This document shows, one piece after another, positions 44,102-52,415 of a stretch of DNA of 64,000 bases (position 1 is its first letter; the number at the start of each line of letters is the position of its first letter). The stretch is taken from assembly GCA_964588795.1 (NCBI GenBank), contig CAZPQN010000009.1, positions 294 to 64,293 on the forward strand, given 5' to 3'. This stretch comes from an uncultured bacterium. GTDB lineage: Bacteria; Fidelibacterota; UBA2242. The notes under the pieces were generated by a model, which did not search any database, was not told the origin of the DNA, and saw only the letters and a list, made by a program, of their open reading frames with translations. The position numbers were made by a program, and so were the translations under genes.

Positions 44102-44854
44102 ATGAGAATATTTACTGCATTACTGGAAAAAGCACGGCGCCGCGGGGGCGGTTATTTTATCCTCATTGATCCGGATACCCGTTCCCTGCCGGAATTACGG
44201 GATTTTGTCCGCTCAATCTGCGATGACGGAGTAGACGCTTTACTGGTCGGCGGCAGTCTGATCATCGGCTCCGATTTCCAGCAGGCTCTGGAAACGGTGC
44301 GCTCAGTCAGCACGGTTCCCGTCATCATTTTCCCGGGTTCGGTGGCGCAGGTTTCCAGTCAGGCAGATGCCGTCCTGTACATTTCCCTGATCAGCGGACG
44401 CAACCCCAATTACCTTTTCGGGGAACACGTCGTGGCGGCGCCGATCATCCACAAGTTAGGCATCGAACCGATCGCCACCGGTTACATGTTGTTCGAATCA
44501 GGGCGCACCACGACGGCGGAATTTATGAGCAACACCCGCCCCTTGCCGACCAACAAACCGGAAATCGCCATGGCCCATGCCTTAGCCGCGCAGTATATGG
44601 GGATGCAGACGGTCTATCTGGAAGCCGGGAGCGGCGCCGACCAGGCGGTGCCCGATTCGATCGTTAAGGCGGTCAGTAGTTACATCAACATTCCAGTCAT
44701 CGTAGGAGGCGGAATCCGGACACCGGAACAGGCGCACCAGAAAATTGCCGCTGGCGCGACATTTGTCGTCACTGGCAATGTTTTCGACGATGATAATCAA
44801 CTACGGCTGGTTGGTGAATTTGCCCGGGCAATACATACGCGTGAAAATGCCTGA
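44102..44854 (+). CDS. (Gera/hepta)prenylglyceryl phosphate synthase family protein (PcrB / GGGPS family)
   Basis: 250 aa TIM-barrel pattern typical of PcrB/GGGP synthase: GGGYFILIDPD..., DALLVGGS, ...VYLEAGSGA..., IPVIVGGGIRTPEQA. Phosphate-binding Gly-rich loops at the C-terminus. Confidence 0.65.
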   Translation: MRIFTALLEKARRRGGGYFILIDPDTRSLPELRDFVRSICDDGVDALLVGGSLIIGSDFQQALETVRSVSTVPVIIFPGSVAQVSSQADAVLYISLISGRNPNYLFGEHVVAAPIIHKLGIEPIATGYMLFESGRTTTAEFMSNTRPLPTNKPEIAMAHALAAQYMGMQTVYLEAGSGADQAVPDSIVKAVSSYINIPVIVGGGIRTPEQAHQKIAAGATFVVTGNVFDDDNQLRLVGEFARAIHTRENA

Positions 44855-45452
44855 AAAACGTCATCCGGAGCACCTTTTGCTACAGCAAATCATCACCCAG
44901 ATCGAGGAAAGCGCCGAGGTCAAGCGCCGCATGTTGACCACCTGTGCCGCGAGTATCCAGGAGGCGAGTGCAATTTTAATTGATGCAGTCCGCAAAGGGG
45001 GAAAAATCCTGCTGTGCGGCAATGGCGGCAGTGCCGCCGATGCCCAGCATTTAGCCGCCGAACTGGTTTCACGCCTGAAGCTGGAACGCCCTGCGATTGC
45101 GGCCCTGGCCCTGACGACCAATACCTCGATCCTCACCGCCATTGGCAATGATTACCAGTACGATTTGGTTTTTGTGCGGCAGGTTGAGGCGTTTGGCAAG
45201 TCCGGCGATGTACTGATCGGCATCAGCACCAGCGGCAATTCTCCCAACGTCATTCGCGCGATCGAGTACGCCAATATGGCCCAAATCAAGACGCTGGCCA
45301 TGACCGGAGAAACTGGCGGCAAATTAGCCGCAAAAGCCGGTCTGACAATCAGAATTCCCTCAACCAATGTCCAGCGCATTCAGGAAGCGCATATCACCGT
45401 CGGACACATTCTTTGCGACCTGCTCGAGTCCGCTTTGTACGGCAAAAGGTGA
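44847..45452 (+). CDS. gmhA: D-sedoheptulose-7-phosphate isomerase (SIS domain)
   Basis: KILLCGNGGSAADAQHLAAELV..., VLIGISTSGNSPNVIRAIEYA are GmhA/SIS motifs. The ATG overlaps the stop of the preceding gene by 8 nt. Confidence 0.85.
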   Translation: MPEKRHPEHLLLQQIITQIEESAEVKRRMLTTCAASIQEASAILIDAVRKGGKILLCGNGGSAADAQHLAAELVSRLKLERPAIAALALTTNTSILTAIGNDYQYDLVFVRQVEAFGKSGDVLIGISTSGNSPNVIRAIEYANMAQIKTLAMTGETGGKLAAKAGLTIRIPSTNVQRIQEAHITVGHILCDLLESALYGKR

Positions 45453-45467
45453 GATCAGTTGGTTTGA

Positions 45468-46358
45468 ATGCAGAACCTGGTCCAGGATTTTATCAATTAT
45501 CTACGCGTCGAAAGGCATCTATCCGTCAATACCATCCAGGCTTACCGCACCGACTTGGAACGCTACTGCCAGTTTTTAACCGAGAATCAGATTACCGATC
45601 CCTCCGCGATCCGATTCGGTAAGATTCAGGAATATATCAACGTCTTATCCGAGCTGGAACTGGCGCCAGCCAGCCTGGCGCGCAACTTCAGCTCAATCCG
45701 CGCCTTCCATGCCTTTCTGCTGGACGAAAATCTGACCAGTGAGGATCCGACAGTTTTACTGCAGTCGCCCCGCTTGCCACGTCGCCTGCCGCGGGTGCTG
45801 GAGGTAAACGAGATCGAAATGATTCTGGACAGCATTGACCATACGACCCAGAAAGGAATCCGTGACCGGGCGATTATCGAAACGCTTTACTCGACCGGCG
45901 TGCGGGTCTCGGAACTGATCAATTTAAAACTGAGCGACCTGTCTCTGCACCAAGGCATTCTGAGAGTTTACGGCAAAGGGCGCAAAGAACGCATCGTCCC
46001 TTTTGGAGAACGGGCGGCTCAGGAGGTCAAAACCTATCTGACCGCAGTCCGCGGCTTATTGATGCGCTATCAGAAGAGCCGTGACCATTTGTTCCTCAAC
46101 CTGCGCGGTGCGCCCTTGACCAGAATGGGCGTCTGGAAAATTATTCAGGAATATGTCCGCCTGGCTGACATCCGCAAACCGATCAGCCCGCACGTCTTTC
46201 GCCACTCGTTTGCCACGCATCTCCTGGAAGGAGGTGCCAACCTGCGGGCCGTGCAGGAAATGCTGGGACATGCCAATATCGCCACCACGCAGATCTACAC
46301 GCATTTAGACCACGCCTACCTGATCGAACAGCATCGCACATTTCACCCGAGGTATTGA
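45468..46358 (+). CDS. xerD: Tyrosine recombinase XerD/XerC (chromosome dimer resolution)
   Basis: N-terminal SAM-like domain. C-terminal catalytic RHSFATHLLEGGANLRAVQEMLGHANIATTQIYTHL (R..H..R..Y tetrad). Housekeeping context with no phage or IS genes around. Confidence 0.9.
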   Translation: MQNLVQDFINYLRVERHLSVNTIQAYRTDLERYCQFLTENQITDPSAIRFGKIQEYINVLSELELAPASLARNFSSIRAFHAFLLDENLTSEDPTVLLQSPRLPRRLPRVLEVNEIEMILDSIDHTTQKGIRDRAIIETLYSTGVRVSELINLKLSDLSLHQGILRVYGKGRKERIVPFGERAAQEVKTYLTAVRGLLMRYQKSRDHLFLNLRGAPLTRMGVWKIIQEYVRLADIRKPISPHVFRHSFATHLLEGGANLRAVQEMLGHANIATTQIYTHLDHAYLIEQHRTFHPRY

Positions 46359-46993
46359 TGAACCTGCAAACGATCGTTCTGTTACTTCCCCCGATTCTGC
46401 TCGCGTTGACTTTTCATGAATTCATGCACGGCTGGTCGGCCAATCGTCTGGGCGATCCAACCGCCAAACTTGCCGGCCGGCTGACCATGAATCCATTGGC
46501 CCATCTTGACCCGTTCGGGACGCTGATGCTGTTTCTGGTGCGCTTTGGTTGGGCGCGTCCCGTGCCGGTGGATGTGAGCTATTTCCGCAATCCCAAACGC
46601 GACCTTTTGATCGTATCACTCGCCGGCCCGTTAGCTAACCTGTTCCTGGCCGGGTTGAGCGGATTGCTGATCCGGGGTTTTCATGCCGGACTGTTTACCT
46701 GGCTTCCGGGCATCGCTCTGGAGCCGCTTTATCTAATGGTATTACTGAGCCTGCAGATCAATCTCGCCTTGGCGATCTTTAACCTGATCCCGATTCCGCC
46801 GTTAGACGGATCCAAGATCCTGTTCGGACTGTTGCCCGATCGATATGAACACCAAGCACTGTGGTTGGAGCAGTACGGCGGTTATATCCTGATGGGTTTA
46901 ATCCTGTTCGGAATGCTGACCCATGTCTCAATTTTAGGTTTGCTGATCAATCCATTTGTCAGATTTTTCACACATCTGTTGGGAGGTATCTGA
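46355..46993 (+). CDS. Site-2 protease family (peptidase M50) membrane metalloprotease
   Basis: HEFMHGWSANRLGD (HExxH in a TM helix), ...MNPLAHLDPFGT..., multiple TM segments, LDGSKILFGLL (second-site motif). Overlaps the xerD stop by 4 nt. Confidence 0.8.
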   Translation: MMNLQTIVLLLPPILLALTFHEFMHGWSANRLGDPTAKLAGRLTMNPLAHLDPFGTLMLFLVRFGWARPVPVDVSYFRNPKRDLLIVSLAGPLANLFLAGLSGLLIRGFHAGLFTWLPGIALEPLYLMVLLSLQINLALAIFNLIPIPPLDGSKILFGLLPDRYEHQALWLEQYGGYILMGLILFGMLTHVSILGLLINPFVRFFTHLLGGI

Positions 46994-47178
46994 TGGTAAA
47001 ATGGCAACCCCGCCGGTTTTCTATCACCGACAAGCTGGAAGAGCGTCGGGATGGCAAAATTCACTTTGCACGCTTAAGAAGCAATGCGCGACGCGCAGTC
47101 AGCCGTCCGCTATGGTGGACCATATTTCTGATTGTGGTCGTGCTGATTATCTACTTTTACCTGCGCCACTTAGGATGA
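46993..47178 (+). CDS. Small (61 aa) C-terminally anchored membrane protein, translationally coupled to the M50 protease gene
   Basis: GGGAGG RBS 6 nt upstream. The ATG overlaps the M50 stop (TGATGG). Product MVKWQPRRFSITDKLEERRDGKIHFARLRSNARRAVSRPLWWTIFLIVVVLIIYFYLRHLG has a basic N-terminal half and a single C-terminal TM helix. Confidence 0.4.
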   Translation: MVKWQPRRFSITDKLEERRDGKIHFARLRSNARRAVSRPLWWTIFLIVVVLIIYFYLRHLG

Positions 47179-47274
47179 CCCACGCAAGGCAATCATTCGG
47201 AGAAGTGATGCAGGTTCAGCCGCCAAATGTTGAGCGGATGGGGAGAATTTTTACCCAAAATCAGGGAGCAAAAC

Positions 47275-48954
47275 ATGCCGGAAATCATTGAGTGTGTCCC
47301 CAATTTCAGCGAGGGACGCGATCTTAACCTGATCAAAGCCATCACGGCCGCGATCCAGTCCGTAGAAGGCGTCAAACTGCTGGACGTTGATCCGGGTGCC
47401 GACACGAATCGGACGGTGGTTACGTTCGTCGGTTCACGTCAGGGAATCCTGGCGGCGGCGTTTGCGGGCATCGCCAAGGCGGCGGAACTGATTGACATGC
47501 GCCAGCATCACGGTGCTCACCCGCGCCTTGGAGCGACGGATGTTTGTCCGCTCGTTCCGGTCTCCGGCATCAGTGAAGAGGAATGCGTCCGGCTGTCGCA
47601 CGAGCTCGCCCGGCGCGTCGCCGAAGAACTGCACATTCCGGTTTATCTTTACGAAAAATCCGCGCGGTCGCCCGAGCGCGCCAACCTGGCCAACATCCGG
47701 CAGGGTGAATACGAGGGTCTGCCCGCCAAACTCGCCGACCCGCAATGGGCTCCGGATTACGGCGCCGCCGTTTTTAACCCTAAGTCCGGAGCAACGGTCA
47801 TCGGCGTGCGGAAATTTCTAATTGCCTACAACGTCAACCTGAACACCCGCGACCGCAAATTGGCCAATGACATCGCTCTGACCATTCGTGAGAAAGGTCG
47901 CCTGCGGCGCGATGCCGCCGGCGGCATCCTGCGCGATGAAGCGGGTGAGGCACTTTACGAACCCGGGATTTTCAAAGCCACCAAAGCCGTCGGCTGGTAT
48001 CTCGATAAATACAGGATGGCACAGGTTTCCATCAATCTCACGGATTACGAGATTACGCCTCTGCACAGCGTCTTCGAGGAAATCAGAAAATTAGCCGGAG
48101 CGCGCGGTCTGCGGGTCACCGGCTCGGAACTGGTTGGCCTGATCCCGCGGCAAGCCCTGTTGATGGCAGGTCGTTATTATCTGCGGCGGCAGGGTAAATC
48201 GGAAGGCGTTCCGGAAAAAGAACTCGTACGTCTCGCCGCCCAATCCCTGGGCTTGAGTGAAATTGCACCTTTCGATCCATCGAAAAAAATCATCGAGTAC
48301 CAGTTCGGTGAATTCGAACATCCCCTCACCGACCTGAGCGTACGCGACTTCAGCGACGAGCTGTCCAGCGATTCGCCCGCTCCCGGCGGCGGCAGTGTCG
48401 CCGCCCTGTGCGGCGCGCTCGCCGCGGCCTTGACCGCCATGGTTGCCAATCTGACCGTCGGTAAAAAAGGTTATGAACGCCATTTCCGGCGCCTGAGTGA
48501 CGTCGCGGTCAGGGCGCAGGCATTGAAAGACGAATTCCTGCTCGACATTGATCGCGACACCGCCGCGTTCAATGCGGTCATGGACTGCCTGCGTCTGCCC
48601 CGCAAGACGGAGGCCGAGAAAGTCCAGCGTCTGCAAGCCATCCAACAAGCCACCAAGCGGGCAACCGAAGTGCCTTTTAAGGTGCTGGAGTCGGTGCAAC
48701 AGTTGCTGGATCTGACGCTCCAGGTCGCGCGTTTTGGGAATATCAATTCCATCAGCGATGCCGGGGTCGCCGCTCTGACCGCCGAGACTGCGCTCCGGGC
48801 GGCGCGTTTTAACGTGCTCATCAACCTGCCGGGCACCGGTGACGCCCCTTATGCCGCGCTCAAGCGTGAGCAGGTAGACGCTCTTCAGCATCTCGCCCAA
48901 CGCAAGGTACGCCGCATCCTGCGTCTGGTCGAAAAACAAATTTTATCCGTCTGA
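47275..48954 (+). CDS. ftcD: Bifunctional glutamate formimidoyltransferase / formimidoyltetrahydrofolate cyclodeaminase
   Basis: N-terminal MPEIIECVPNFSEGRDLNLIKAI (formiminotransferase domain). C-terminal cyclodeaminase domain with SPAPGGGSVAALCGALAAAL. Confidence 0.85.
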   Translation: MPEIIECVPNFSEGRDLNLIKAITAAIQSVEGVKLLDVDPGADTNRTVVTFVGSRQGILAAAFAGIAKAAELIDMRQHHGAHPRLGATDVCPLVPVSGISEEECVRLSHELARRVAEELHIPVYLYEKSARSPERANLANIRQGEYEGLPAKLADPQWAPDYGAAVFNPKSGATVIGVRKFLIAYNVNLNTRDRKLANDIALTIREKGRLRRDAAGGILRDEAGEALYEPGIFKATKAVGWYLDKYRMAQVSINLTDYEITPLHSVFEEIRKLAGARGLRVTGSELVGLIPRQALLMAGRYYLRRQGKSEGVPEKELVRLAAQSLGLSEIAPFDPSKKIIEYQFGEFEHPLTDLSVRDFSDELSSDSPAPGGGSVAALCGALAAALTAMVANLTVGKKGYERHFRRLSDVAVRAQALKDEFLLDIDRDTAAFNAVMDCLRLPRKTEAEKVQRLQAIQQATKRATEVPFKVLESVQQLLDLTLQVARFGNINSISDAGVAALTAETALRAARFNVLINLPGTGDAPYAALKREQVDALQHLAQRKVRRILRLVEKQILSV

Positions 48955-48963
48955 CAGGTGGGC

Positions 48964-50784
48964 ATGTCCAAAATTCGCATCCTGTCTGAGCAACTCACTA
49001 ATAAAATCGCCGCCGGCGAGGTGGTGCAACGCCCGGCTTCCTTGGTCAAGGAACTGGTCGAAAACAGTTTAGATGCCGGAGCGACGGCAATCACGATTAA
49101 CATCCGCAACGGAGGCAAAACGCTGTGCGAAGTCAGCGACAATGGCGAAGGCATGTCTCGCGATGATCTCCTGCTGGCTTTTGAACGTTACGCCACCAGC
49201 AAAATCAGCACGGTGGAAGACCTGCTCAATATCCGGACGCTTGGATTCCGAGGCGAAGCCCTGGCCAGCATCGCGGCGGTCGCCGTCGTAGAGGCCACTT
49301 CAACCCTACCCGGCGCCGACTCCGGACACACCCTGCGCATCGAAGGCGGCAGTTTTCGCTACATCCAGCCGGCCGCCCCGCAACCCGGTACCACCATCTC
49401 CGCCCGCAATTTGTTCTATAACATTCCCGCGCGCCGCAAATTTTTAAAAAGCGCTGAAGTAGAATACCGCCACGTTTTCGAAGTTGTTCAGAAATTTGCC
49501 CTGAGTCGACCGCTGGTCCAGTTTCAGTTAATCCATAACGAGCAGGAAGTCATGCGCTTGGAACCCCAGCCTCTGCCCGAGCGCATTGCCGAACTGTTCA
49601 GCTCTGAATATGCCACCAATCTCCTGGCTGTCACCCACGGTTCCGCCGACTTGCAGATCAGGGGCTATATCGGTAATCTGAACTTAGTCCGGGCGCGGCG
49701 CGGCGAGCAGTTTCTGTTTGTCAACCAGCGTTTTGTTACCGATCGTCTGTTGAATCACGCCATCGTTAGCGCGTATGGCAGTCTGTTATCGCGCAATGAA
49801 TATCCGTTTTACTGCTTAGAATTAGAGCTCGATCCCCTCGCGGTGGACGTCAATGTTCATCCCACCAAAATGGAGGTCAAATTCCGCGAACAGGAACAGA
49901 TTTATCAGTTCTGTCAGGAAGCCGTTAAAAACAGCCTGCAGGGTATTCTGGCGGTCATTCCGGATTTAGGCATTTTTAGGCCGGAGTACTACTATACTCC
50001 ACCGCCGCCGCCTGCCTCGGGAGTGCCGGTCGAACAGCTGACCCTGACACCTCCTGCAGCGATAATAACCCCGGAAAAAAGGATCCGGCGCATCGCCTCC
50101 CCTCAGAAAACCGATGACGTCGCACCTTCCGAGTCGACTGAAAGCACTTCCAAATGGCAGGAACGTGCACGCCGTTTCAGCGGACAAAATCTACCCGCCG
50201 ACTCCATCGAGCGGCATCCCGGCGCCCAGGTTTTTCAATTACATAACAAGTACATTCTCAGCCAGATTAAATCGGGGCTGGTGGTCATTGACCAGCACGT
50301 AGCCCATGAACGCATCCTGTACGAGGAAGCCCTCGAATCCCTGCAACATACCAGTTGGCGTGCCCAGCAACTGCTTTTTCCGGTGATCCTGGAATTGACT
50401 CCTACCGATTTTTCGGTGCTTTTGGAAATTTTACCGTTTCTCGAAAAACTCGGCTTCCGCATGAAAGAATTCGGCAAACAGACCGTCGCCATCGAAGCGG
50501 TTCCGGCCGGCATGCGCTGGGGAAATGAAAAGACCATCATCAAGGAAATTCTCGATTATTACCAGGAATACGGTACAAAGGATACCAGCCGGCAGGAAAA
50601 AGTCGCCGCGGCCTATGCCTGCAAAGCCGCCATCAAGTCCGGCGACTCCCTGACTACCGAAGAAATGCAGACGCTGGTCGATCATCTCTTCGCCACTCAG
50701 AATCCCTATCACTGTCCGCACGGACGACCGATCATCGTCAATCTTTCCCTGAAGGAATTAGACAAACGTTTTGAACGGATCTGA
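48964..50784 (+). CDS. mutL: DNA mismatch repair protein MutL
   Basis: GHKL ATPase motifs (IAAGEVVQRPASLVKELVENSLDAGA...DNGEGM, GFRGEALASI). C-terminal dimerisation domain. 606 aa. Confidence 0.9.
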   Translation: MSKIRILSEQLTNKIAAGEVVQRPASLVKELVENSLDAGATAITINIRNGGKTLCEVSDNGEGMSRDDLLLAFERYATSKISTVEDLLNIRTLGFRGEALASIAAVAVVEATSTLPGADSGHTLRIEGGSFRYIQPAAPQPGTTISARNLFYNIPARRKFLKSAEVEYRHVFEVVQKFALSRPLVQFQLIHNEQEVMRLEPQPLPERIAELFSSEYATNLLAVTHGSADLQIRGYIGNLNLVRARRGEQFLFVNQRFVTDRLLNHAIVSAYGSLLSRNEYPFYCLELELDPLAVDVNVHPTKMEVKFREQEQIYQFCQEAVKNSLQGILAVIPDLGIFRPEYYYTPPPPPASGVPVEQLTLTPPAAIITPEKRIRRIASPQKTDDVAPSESTESTSKWQERARRFSGQNLPADSIERHPGAQVFQLHNKYILSQIKSGLVVIDQHVAHERILYEEALESLQHTSWRAQQLLFPVILELTPTDFSVLLEILPFLEKLGFRMKEFGKQTVAIEAVPAGMRWGNEKTIIKEILDYYQEYGTKDTSRQEKVAAAYACKAAIKSGDSLTTEEMQTLVDHLFATQNPYHCPHGRPIIVNLSLKELDKRFERI

Positions 50785-51718
50785 GCCAGGCCTGCCGATC
50801 ATCTTTCTGCTCGGCCCGACGGCGGTCGGCAAAACTCTGACTGCTATCGAATTGGCCCGGATGATCAACGCCGAAATCATCTCCCTGGATTCGCGTCAGG
50901 TCTATCGCGGGTTGGACATCGGCACCGCCAAACCGACCCTGCGGCAACGCCGAGACGTTCCCCATCATTTAGTCGACATCCTGACGCTCGACGAAGACAT
51001 TAGCGCCGGACGCTATCGCGAGCTGGCGCTGGCGGCCATCGCCGCGACCCGCTCCCGCGGCCATCACCCCCTGTTTGTCGGCGGCAGTGGCCTGTATGCC
51101 AATGCCCTCATTAAAGGTTTATTCGAGTCCAGCCAGACTGACCCGGGTATCCGGCGCCAGTTGCACCTGGAATTGCAGACCAAAGGCAGTACGGCACTTT
51201 ACAATCGCCTCCTGGAAATCGATCCGGCGACCGCCCTCAAGACCCATCTTAACGACCACAAACGCATCACCCGTGCTCTCGAAATCTATGCCATCACCGG
51301 CCAGCCACCCAGCCAGCACTACCGTCGCCAAAACACACCCTTGCCTTTTCCCTATCAAGTTTTTATCCTGAACATGCCGCGCGAAGAACTCTATCGCCGG
51401 ATTGATCAGCGTGTGCAAAACATGCTGAGCGAGGGTTTGGTCGAGGAGGTCCGGCGTTTGATTGCGGCTGGCGGGCGAGCGCGACTGGAACAGCTGCTGA
51501 CCCTTGGTTATCAGGAAGTCCTGCATTTCCTAGATGGACACTGTACCGAAGAAGAAATGGGCCTTAACATTCAGCGCAATACACGGCGCTATGCCAAGCG
51601 GCAGCTGACCTGGTTCCGCAATCAGTATCCGGAAGCCGTTTGGGTGGAGGTCGCTCCCGACCAATCTCCGCACGCAGTAGCAGAGATTATCAGAAATTCT
51701 CTGACTAAAATTAATTGA
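50771..51718 (+). CDS. miaA: tRNA dimethylallyltransferase
   Basis: P-loop IIFLLGPTAVGKT..., DSRQVYRGLDIGTAKPT, typical MiaA length. The start overlaps the mutL end. Confidence 0.9.
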   Translation: MNGSEPGLPIIFLLGPTAVGKTLTAIELARMINAEIISLDSRQVYRGLDIGTAKPTLRQRRDVPHHLVDILTLDEDISAGRYRELALAAIAATRSRGHHPLFVGGSGLYANALIKGLFESSQTDPGIRRQLHLELQTKGSTALYNRLLEIDPATALKTHLNDHKRITRALEIYAITGQPPSQHYRRQNTPLPFPYQVFILNMPREELYRRIDQRVQNMLSEGLVEEVRRLIAAGGRARLEQLLTLGYQEVLHFLDGHCTEEEMGLNIQRNTRRYAKRQLTWFRNQYPEAVWVEVAPDQSPHAVAEIIRNSLTKIN

Positions 51719-51761
51719 AGTCGTTACCGGGGAATAGACGACGAGCTGTGATCGTCACCGG

Positions 51762-51938
51762 TCAGTCGGCGGGGAGTTGCCCACAATGCTGATCGCAGTG
51801 CGTTCCGCAGGAACAACCTGCTGGCGGCGATGAGTGGCTTTCACCCTTGTAACGGACTAATTTCAGCACGACCATCAGCAAGCCTATACAGACGCTTACC
51901 GCCAACAGCGTCGTTCCGAAAAGCGCCGCTAACTGCAT
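51762..51938 (-). CDS. 58-aa Cys-rich single-TM mini-protein (NqrM-like / FeoB-associated Cys-rich membrane protein-like); below the ORF-track cutoff
   Basis: The ATG overlaps the CBS-gene stop (TAATG). Product MQLAALFGTTLLAVSVCIGLLMVVLKLVRYKGESHSSPPAGCSCGTHCDQHCGQLPAD has one TM helix followed by CxCxxxCxxxC. It is the last gene of the nqr transcription unit. Confidence 0.5.
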   Translation of the reverse strand: MQLAALFGTTLLAVSVCIGLLMVVLKLVRYKGESHSSPPAGCSCGTHCDQHCGQLPAD

Positions 51939-52393
51939 TATCTCCGCTTCCTGCCCCAGCGCCAGTTCTCGTAATACTCCCAGCTGACGCTTTCAAGTTC
52001 CCGGGTACGTTCCATCAGACAAGCGCGGAAAACATCACCGATGGAAAGCAGACCGATGATCTGACCTTCCCTGATCACAAACAGATGCCGGATAAAAAGG
52101 CCCAACATCATATCGGGCAGTTTATAAATCGGTTCATCGTAATTGACACTTTTTATATCCCGGCTCATATAATCGCCGATCAGCGCGTGCTGGACGTCAA
52201 AGTCGGCTTTATTAATGGAGTTCAGGAGGTCGCGCTCGGTCCAGATACCGACATACTGTTCACCTTCCTGGACCGCGATGGCGCCAATCTTGTTGGCGAC
52301 CATGATTTCTATGGCGGCCCTGATGGTTGTTTGCGGCGTGACGCTGATAATCGAACGGTCTTTTTCCAACACTAAATCGATGGCTCGTTTCAT
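51938..52393 (-). CDS. CBS-domain pair protein
   Basis: Two CBS-like repeats (ISVTPQTTIRAAIEIMVANKIGAIAVQEGEQYVGIWTERDLL and SRDIKSVNYDEPIYKLPDMMLGLFIRHLFVIREGQIIGLLSIGDV). 151 aa. 22 nt downstream of nqrF. Confidence 0.75.
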   Translation of the reverse strand: MKRAIDLVLEKDRSIISVTPQTTIRAAIEIMVANKIGAIAVQEGEQYVGIWTERDLLNSINKADFDVQHALIGDYMSRDIKSVNYDEPIYKLPDMMLGLFIRHLFVIREGQIIGLLSIGDVFRACLMERTRELESVSWEYYENWRWGRKRR

Positions 52394-52415
52394 GGCTTAC
52401 GCTTCCTCATAAGAA

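Noticed and set aside
45468-46358. Tyrosine recombinase as a possible marker of an integrated mobile element
   Set aside because: The sequence has the full XerC/XerD housekeeping signature and sits in a housekeeping array. There are no flanking tRNA, direct repeats, or phage or IS genes.
48091-48939. 282-aa antisense ORF inside ftcD; also 36171..36968 inside PFOR, 41056..41718 inside accC, 8708..9430 inside lptD, 22723..23415 and 23422..23898 inside or near the TPR gene
   Set aside because: All overlap high-confidence sense genes on the opposite strand and show no recognisable motifs. The short ORFs tiling 10217..10625 and 5164..5666 are rejected for the same reason.
51830-52375. 181-aa plus-strand ORF overlapping the CBS gene
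   Set aside because: It is antisense to a CBS-domain gene with clear repeats that is positioned exactly downstream of nqrF. No motif.
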